A stretch of DNA of 13,136 nt from the NCBI GenBank assembly GCA_045863855.1, contig BTVV01000157.1, forward strand, positions 1 to 13,136, given 5' to 3'. Of this stretch, positions 8,011 through 13,136 are shown piece by piece (within the stretch, counting starts at the first letter, position 1; the number at the start of each line of letters is the position of its first letter). The notes beneath the pieces were generated by a model. That model was not told where the DNA came from. It was given only the letters and a program-made list of their open reading frames with translations, and searched no databases. The DNA is from Planctomycetota bacterium. GTDB lineage: Bacteria > Planctomycetota > SZUA-567 > H5-PLA8. The position numbers and the translations under genes were made by a program.

Positions 8011-10008
8011 CTACTTCCACGTGGCTGCGACCGCATTGACCGCATCAATGAGTTTCCGAAACTTTGCAGCCGTGTCGACATCGACCTCCGCCAGCTTCTT
8101 CTTGCCGAGGTCTGACATGATGCGCTTCGCGACCCGGCCTTTGTTGTATTCGCCGATCCCGGCCTTTGAAAACGCGTCCTCAACCCGGTCAACGATTGTT
8201 TTCTTTCCGGCTGTCTTCGCATCGACCGTCAGCGGCTTACCGCCGAGTTCCTTGGCGTAGGCTTCCGATACCTTTCCCACGTAGTAGGATTCGCCGAATA
8301 GGTCTTCCAGAGCGCATGGGTTTGCTCCGACGGCATCGCCAACCATCACAACAAGCTTGTCCTGCAGAATCCATTGATGCACCAACTGCTCGAAGGCTTG
8401 CTTCCCGGCGGCGTCCGAATCCAAAAGAACGGCTACGTTTAGTTCCTGTCCTTTCAGAATTGTGCCAACGTAAGCAACTTTGCTCGCCCCACCCGCCGGC
8501 GTGACCACAAGGCGTGGGTCTATGCCTGCCTGACCGCCCTCCTCAAACATGGTCGAGAAAGCTGTCAGCAGCCAGAAATCATCCACGCCTTCGACGACGA
8601 GATTGAATTGGCCGACAAACAGCGACTGGCTCCAGGACAGACCGAGCGCAGCCTGTAGCGTGAAGCGCGCATCCTTATCAGCGGTAGCCCAGTTCTTGTG
8701 AACCTTCGATCCTTCCTTCGGGATTTCCTCCGCGACGTAGATGTTGTCGAGTCGCTTGAAGTCAATCATGAAAGGCAGGTGCGTGGTGTAGAACAGTTGA
8801 TTCCCCTTCGCGTATGCTTTCATCCGTTCCAGCAAGTCCCGTTGCGCGGCGGCGTGCAGATGCAGCCCGGGCTCATCCAGAAGGATGATGGCGTTTTTGA
8901 ACTGCCCGTCCGTCTCATACATGAAGCGCATGTCGAACGAGAAAAACCATTGGAATCCTTTCGATCTGTCCTCCAGCGGGACAAGCCCCTTGTCGTTCAG
9001 GTCTTTCACAAATGTGATGAAATGCTGGCCGTCCGCTTGGAACACCACCTGGTAACGCCTCTGTGACCACCTCTCCGCAATTAGTGACGTGAGCGTGTTG
9101 CTCGCATCATTCATGTCGAGAATGCGTTGCTCCCGGTCCTCTTCCCCACCCTTCTTGACCTCTTCCTCAAGATCGAGACCCGACATCTCCATGATGACAA
9201 TAATGGTCTCTTCCTCCGGGCTCAGTCCCTTTTCCTTCTTGTGCTTCAGCACATCATCAAGCTGGGCGGAGCCAACAAAAGTCCTGTGGTCGTCCATGTA
9301 GATGAAGGTCGGCAGGCAGTCATGAACGATGTCGACCACGCGAAGGAGCGGCGTCGCCTCGATTTCCTTAATGAGACGGTCAATTTTTTCGTTGAGCGCA
9401 GGAATCGTATTTTGATCCTGCTGATGTGGCGGATTGTTCGGGTGCCGAAATGAGGCGAACTGGTTCTTAAACTCTGGGAGCTTCGCTAGAGCGTGAGCAC
9501 TGCCGCCGTGCTCCTTGACTTCGGCAATAAGCTCATCCCGCTTCGGTGCATACTGTTGCTGAAAATGGTCACTAAAACCCGCAGGCAATTCAGCAAGTCC
9601 GTTACGAAGCAAATCAACGACCCAATCAACATTGTGGTCTGTGCTCGGGTTCTTGGGAACGAACGAATGGGTGTAATTTCCCGCATACGTTCTCGCCATT
9701 TCGACGCCAGTGATGCCCTTCGCGGACTCGTGGATTGCTTCGATCCTGGCAATTTCCTCAGCGTTGAAGGTGAATTTCGCCTCCACAACGACTTTGTCTG
9801 GCGACTTCTCCTTTCTCCTGCCGCTAGGCCATTCACGGTCGATGTTATAACCGACATCATGGAAAGGGTTGAACTTCCAAAGTGCCTTGAGGAACGATGT
9901 CTTACCCGACTCGTTTTTACCGACGATGACGCCGATATCGTCGATGTCGACCCAGCCTGAGTCGAGAATGCTCCGATAGCTCTGAACGCGGCATGATGTG
10001 AGTTTCAT
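8011..10008 (-). CDS. OLD-family ATP-dependent nuclease (ABC-type ATPase + TOPRIM), 665 aa
   Basis: N-terminal VQSYRSI; Walker A VGKNESGKTS; degenerate ABC signature RSKGFQWFFSF; Walker B/D-loop LLDEPGLHLH; H-switch TTHLPF; TOPRIM LVVEGVDD and VLLDSDAAG; LEDLF. AGGAG lies 7 nt before the ATG, which overlaps the hsdS stop (ATGA). Confidence 0.9.
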   Translation of the reverse strand: MKLTSCRVQSYRSILDSGWVDIDDIGVIVGKNESGKTSFLKALWKFNPFHDVGYNIDREWPSGRRKEKSPDKVVVEAKFTFNAEEIARIEAIHESAKGITGVEMARTYAGNYTHSFVPKNPSTDHNVDWVVDLLRNGLAELPAGFSDHFQQQYAPKRDELIAEVKEHGGSAHALAKLPEFKNQFASFRHPNNPPHQQDQNTIPALNEKIDRLIKEIEATPLLRVVDIVHDCLPTFIYMDDHRTFVGSAQLDDVLKHKKEKGLSPEEETIIVIMEMSGLDLEEEVKKGGEEDREQRILDMNDASNTLTSLIAERWSQRRYQVVFQADGQHFITFVKDLNDKGLVPLEDRSKGFQWFFSFDMRFMYETDGQFKNAIILLDEPGLHLHAAAQRDLLERMKAYAKGNQLFYTTHLPFMIDFKRLDNIYVAEEIPKEGSKVHKNWATADKDARFTLQAALGLSWSQSLFVGQFNLVVEGVDDFWLLTAFSTMFEEGGQAGIDPRLVVTPAGGASKVAYVGTILKGQELNVAVLLDSDAAGKQAFEQLVHQWILQDKLVVMVGDAVGANPCALEDLFGESYYVGKVSEAYAKELGGKPLTVDAKTAGKKTIVDRVEDAFSKAGIGEYNKGRVAKRIMSDLGKKKLAEVDVDTAAKFRKLIDAVNAVAATWK

Positions 10009-11264
10009 TTGGTTTCTCCTGTAATTGATAATTCTCCTGAAAGCAGCTTCGGCAGCAGCGTGTCGCGCAGGGTGGCGAGGGTGCGGGATTGGTTTTCGAG
10101 GATACGGATTTGCTCATCGAGTGGTCCCGCTTGGCGCTCGTAGGCCGCGATGATTTCCGGTGGCGAAATGACGAAGGGAAGTTTCTCGAAGCCGTCTTTG
10201 TTGATGGACCCGAACACAGTGCCTTCGGCCTCGAAGCGGGCGAAGTCAGGATAGAGGTTCGCCATCGAATGATAGGTGAAGGAAGTCGCGCCGGACTTGT
10301 GGCGCACGGCGGCGACGCCTCGCCCGATGCAGCATTCCTCGTTCGCCATGTTGATGTCGCCCACGGGCGCACGGACGCTGACGAGCGTGTCGCCCGGCTT
10401 CGCGTAGCGAGTCGGGGCGGTGCAGTAGATGCGGCGGGTTGGGAAACGGAAACCGAAGTCAGTTCGTCCTTGGTAGAACGGTAGGCCGTTGCCTTCTTCG
10501 TTATAGGTATCGCCGGGCGGCGATTGCCCCATCGTAAGGGTGAAGCCTTCGGCCACTGATCCTGCTTTCCAACCCGTCGGAATGTGTCCCAGCGGTGTGT
10601 CTTCTAAATGCTCGGGGAATAGGGCTGCGGTGGCATCGTCGAGGCCGGTGGGTTTGCGGCCGTCGAGTTTGGCGCGGACGGGGTCGAAATCCACGAACCA
10701 GCTCTGGAACAGCGCCCGCGCCATCGCCTCCAGCGTCGCGTTCATCCGCCGGTTCAACTCGATCTTGTCGTCCAGGCTACCAAGCACCGCCGCGATGGCC
10801 TTTTGCTCGGCGAGGGGTGGGAGCGTGATTTCAAATGCTTCAAAGCCCGACTTATTCAGAATGGGAGTTCTCGACCCACCCGCTCCAAGTCGAAAGATCG
10901 CATTTCTTTCTGAGGTCAGGGAATAGTAAACAAAAAGGTCATCCGCCAGGTCGGGGTCTGGAACCAGCGTGTTTATTTGTTGGTTCGTTGCAGCAGGCCT
11001 GTCGATCAAGACAGCCTTTCCCATCTGCCAGCCAATACATGAAACGGCAACGCCGCGCTGCACGATGACTCTCTTGAGAACCTCGCTTCCTTGAACAGAA
11101 AGTGACCTTGCCGTCTCGCGAACTTTGCGGCGACCGTCCATATCGGTAGGCGTGACAAACGGAACCGCATCGCCGAAATACTCCGGCAACGTTCCTGGAG
11201 GTGTTCGGCCCGTAACGACAGAACCAAGCTGACCTAACTGGAATTTCTTCCATTTACCCGCCAT
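10005..11264 (-). CDS. hsdS: Type I RM specificity subunit S, 419 aa
   Basis: Two TRDs separated by the conserved [49 protein letters not shown] and IPTGW segments, with C-terminal [17 protein letters not shown]. The start overlaps the hsdM stop by 11 nt. Confidence 0.97.
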   Translation of the reverse strand: MAGKWKKFQLGQLGSVVTGRTPPGTLPEYFGDAVPFVTPTDMDGRRKVRETARSLSVQGSEVLKRVIVQRGVAVSCIGWQMGKAVLIDRPAATNQQINTLVPDPDLADDLFVYYSLTSERNAIFRLGAGGSRTPILNKSGFEAFEITLPPLAEQKAIAAVLGSLDDKIELNRRMNATLEAMARALFQSWFVDFDPVRAKLDGRKPTGLDDATAALFPEHLEDTPLGHIPTGWKAGSVAEGFTLTMGQSPPGDTYNEEGNGLPFYQGRTDFGFRFPTRRIYCTAPTRYAKPGDTLVSVRAPVGDINMANEECCIGRGVAAVRHKSGATSFTYHSMANLYPDFARFEAEGTVFGSINKDGFEKLPFVISPPEIIAAYERQAGPLDEQIRILENQSRTLATLRDTLLPKLLSGELSITGETK

Positions 11265-12834
11265 AGCCCAACCCCTTCAGGTTGGCCTTGATCGCCTTCT
11301 CCAGCTTCGCCGATTCCGCGAACTGCCCATGCAACTCCCCCACCAGCCGCGCCATCTTCCGCTCGAACGGCTCGCCGTCGTCTTCCACTTCCTCCGCGCC
11401 CACGTACCGACCCGGCGTAAGCACGAACCTGTGCGCGGCGATTTCCGCCGTCGTCGCCGACTTACAGAAGCCCGCCACGTCCGCGTACTTCCCCGCGCCT
11501 TTATCGCCCCGCCACGCATGGTACGTGGACGTGATCTTGGCCAGGTCGGCATCGGTCAGTTCGCGGTGGACGCGGTCGATCAGCGTCCCCAGCTTGCGGG
11601 CGTCTATAAAGAGCGTCTGCTTGCGCCGGTCGCGGCGTTTGCCGTCGTGCTTGTTTTTCGCCAGGAACCACAGGCAGACGGGGATCTGCGTGCTGTAAAA
11701 GAGCTGCCCCGGCAGCGCGACCATGCAGTCCACCAGATCGGCCTCGATCAGCGCCTGGCGGATCTCGCCTTCGCCCGACTGGTTCGACGACATGCTCCCG
11801 TTGGCCAGCACGAAGCCCGCCATCCCCTGCGGCGCCAGATGGTGGATGAAGTGCTGCACCCAAGCGAAGTTGGCGTTGCCCTTGGGCGGGACGCCGTACT
11901 TCCAGCGCACGTCGTCGTCCTTGCGGAACCAGTCCGAATCGTTGAAGGGCGGGTTGGCCAGCACGTAATCGGCGCGCAGGTCGGGGTGCAGGTCGCGGCG
12001 GAAGGAATCGGCATGCTCCGGCCCGAAGTCGGCCTCGATGCCGCGGATGGCGAGGTTCATGATGGCCAGCCGGCGCGTGGTGGCGTTGCTTTCCTGCCCG
12101 TAGATGCTGATGTCGCCCACTTTCCCGCCGTGGGCCTCGACGAACTTCTCCGACTGCACGAACATCCCCGCCGAGCCGCAGCACGGGTCAAAGATGCGTC
12201 CCTTGTACGGCGCGAGCATCTCGACGAGGCAGCGCACGACGCAGGACGGAGTGTAGAACTGCCCGCCGTTCTTGCCTTCGGCGCTGGCGAACATGGTCAG
12301 GAAGTATTCGTAGACGCGCCCCAGGATGTCCTTGGCGCGGTTCTCGGCATCGCCCAGGCCGATGGTGCCGACCAGGTCAATCAGTTCGCCCAAGCGGTGC
12401 TTATCCAGCGCGGGCCGCGCGTAATCCTTGGGCAGGACGCCCTTCAAGCGTGTGTTGTCGCGCTCGATGGCGACCATGGCGTCGTCAAGGAGCTTGCCGA
12501 TGGTGGGCTGCTTGGCGTTGGCCTGTAAGTGCGGCCAGCGCGCTTCTTTAGGCACCCAGAAGATGTTCTCGGCGCGGTACTCGTCGGCGTCTTCGGGGTT
12601 CGAGCCCTTGTACTCGCCCTTGCCTGCGAGCAGCTTGGCGCGGTGCTCTTCGAAGCTGTCGGAGATGTACTTCAGGAAGATCAGGCCCAGTACGACGTGC
12701 TTGTACTCCGCCGCGTCCATGTTGTTGCGCAGCTTATCGGCCGCCAGCCACAGCTTGGCCTCGAAGCCCAGGGCAGCCGCGGAGCCGTTGGTGCCTTTGG
12801 GCGGGGCGTCCGCCGCCGCCTTCCGTCGTCCCAT
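11254..12834 (-). CDS. hsdM: Type I RM N6-adenine methyltransferase subunit M, 526 aa
   Basis: [33 protein letters not shown]-domain, GQFYTP, motif [12 protein letters not shown], motif [16 protein letters not shown]. Confidence 0.98.
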   Translation of the reverse strand: MGRRKAAADAPPKGTNGSAAALGFEAKLWLAADKLRNNMDAAEYKHVVLGLIFLKYISDSFEEHRAKLLAGKGEYKGSNPEDADEYRAENIFWVPKEARWPHLQANAKQPTIGKLLDDAMVAIERDNTRLKGVLPKDYARPALDKHRLGELIDLVGTIGLGDAENRAKDILGRVYEYFLTMFASAEGKNGGQFYTPSCVVRCLVEMLAPYKGRIFDPCCGSAGMFVQSEKFVEAHGGKVGDISIYGQESNATTRRLAIMNLAIRGIEADFGPEHADSFRRDLHPDLRADYVLANPPFNDSDWFRKDDDVRWKYGVPPKGNANFAWVQHFIHHLAPQGMAGFVLANGSMSSNQSGEGEIRQALIEADLVDCMVALPGQLFYSTQIPVCLWFLAKNKHDGKRRDRRKQTLFIDARKLGTLIDRVHRELTDADLAKITSTYHAWRGDKGAGKYADVAGFCKSATTAEIAAHRFVLTPGRYVGAEEVEDDGEPFERKMARLVGELHGQFAESAKLEKAIKANLKGLGYGG

Positions 12835-12881
12835 CGCGAGGAACCCCTGTGCGCTTTTACCGTATACCGAGTTGAGCGCGT

Positions 12882-12909
12882 ATCATGCCGCATGGTGCAG
12901 GGGTGTAAA
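12882..12909 (-). promoter_or_regulatory. Possible sigma70-type promoter for the hsd operon
   Basis: Minus strand TTTACA-16 nt-CATGAT, ending about 47 nt upstream of the hsdM ATG. It matches -35 at 5/6 and -10 at 4/6; consensus match only. Confidence 0.3.
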
Positions 12910-13136
12910 GGGGAAGCCGGGCACGACGTTTCATCGGGTGGCGCAGGCTGGTCAATGGGGCGGACAAAGCCATGGTCACATATTTGGCGCGCTTACCTTT
13001 CAATCCAGGCCCACGCCCAGCCCGCGTACGTGGAAACTGAACGAGGCGCGCCAATCATCCAACTGTTGGAGAATCCCCTCCTCTACCTATCCCATAAAGT
13101 CATGCAGGATTGCGGCGCTCCACCAACACCCTGCGG

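Larger units (their letters stand above)
1..12834. mobile_element. Probable part of an integrative element or genomic island carrying defence cargo (boundaries not visible)
   Basis: A non-DnaG primase-helicase, a DUF1016-N-like gene and an RHH-like gene sit beside an RM operon, and base composition is patchy. No integrase, att site or tRNA is seen in the window. Confidence 0.45.

Noticed and set aside
8011..10008. Gabija (gajA) or retron system
   Set aside because: No adjacent UvrD-like gajB and no reverse transcriptase in the window.
12857..13054. 65-aa minus-strand ORF upstream of hsdM
   Set aside because: No RBS or recognisable motif, and it overlaps the likely promoter region.

Overview
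GC-rich bacterial accessory region with two parts. Right (3047-12834, minus strand): a tightly coupled type I restriction-modification operon, hsdM-hsdS-[cargo]-hsdR. The slot between hsdS and hsdR holds an OLD-family ABC-ATPase/TOPRIM nuclease, a 46-codon remnant of an hsdR 5' end, an unusual RibD-like Zn deaminase fused to a HATPase_c_4 ('RecG C-terminal-like') domain and a wHTH, and a 57-codon mini-ORF carrying two 37-bp palindromic direct repeats. Left (1-2857): genes typical of a mobile element. These are a long minus-strand ORF missing from the supplied track because it runs off the window (Zn finger + DUF3854-like TOPRIM primase + SF2 helicase with DinG/XPD-like Cys pattern), a divergent basic DUF1016-N-like protein and a small ribbon-helix-helix-like protein. 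The best candidate for an undescribed system is the RM-embedded OLD nuclease plus deaminase-ATPase-HTH cassette with its repeat element. All family calls are by motif recognition and manual translation; no database search was run.
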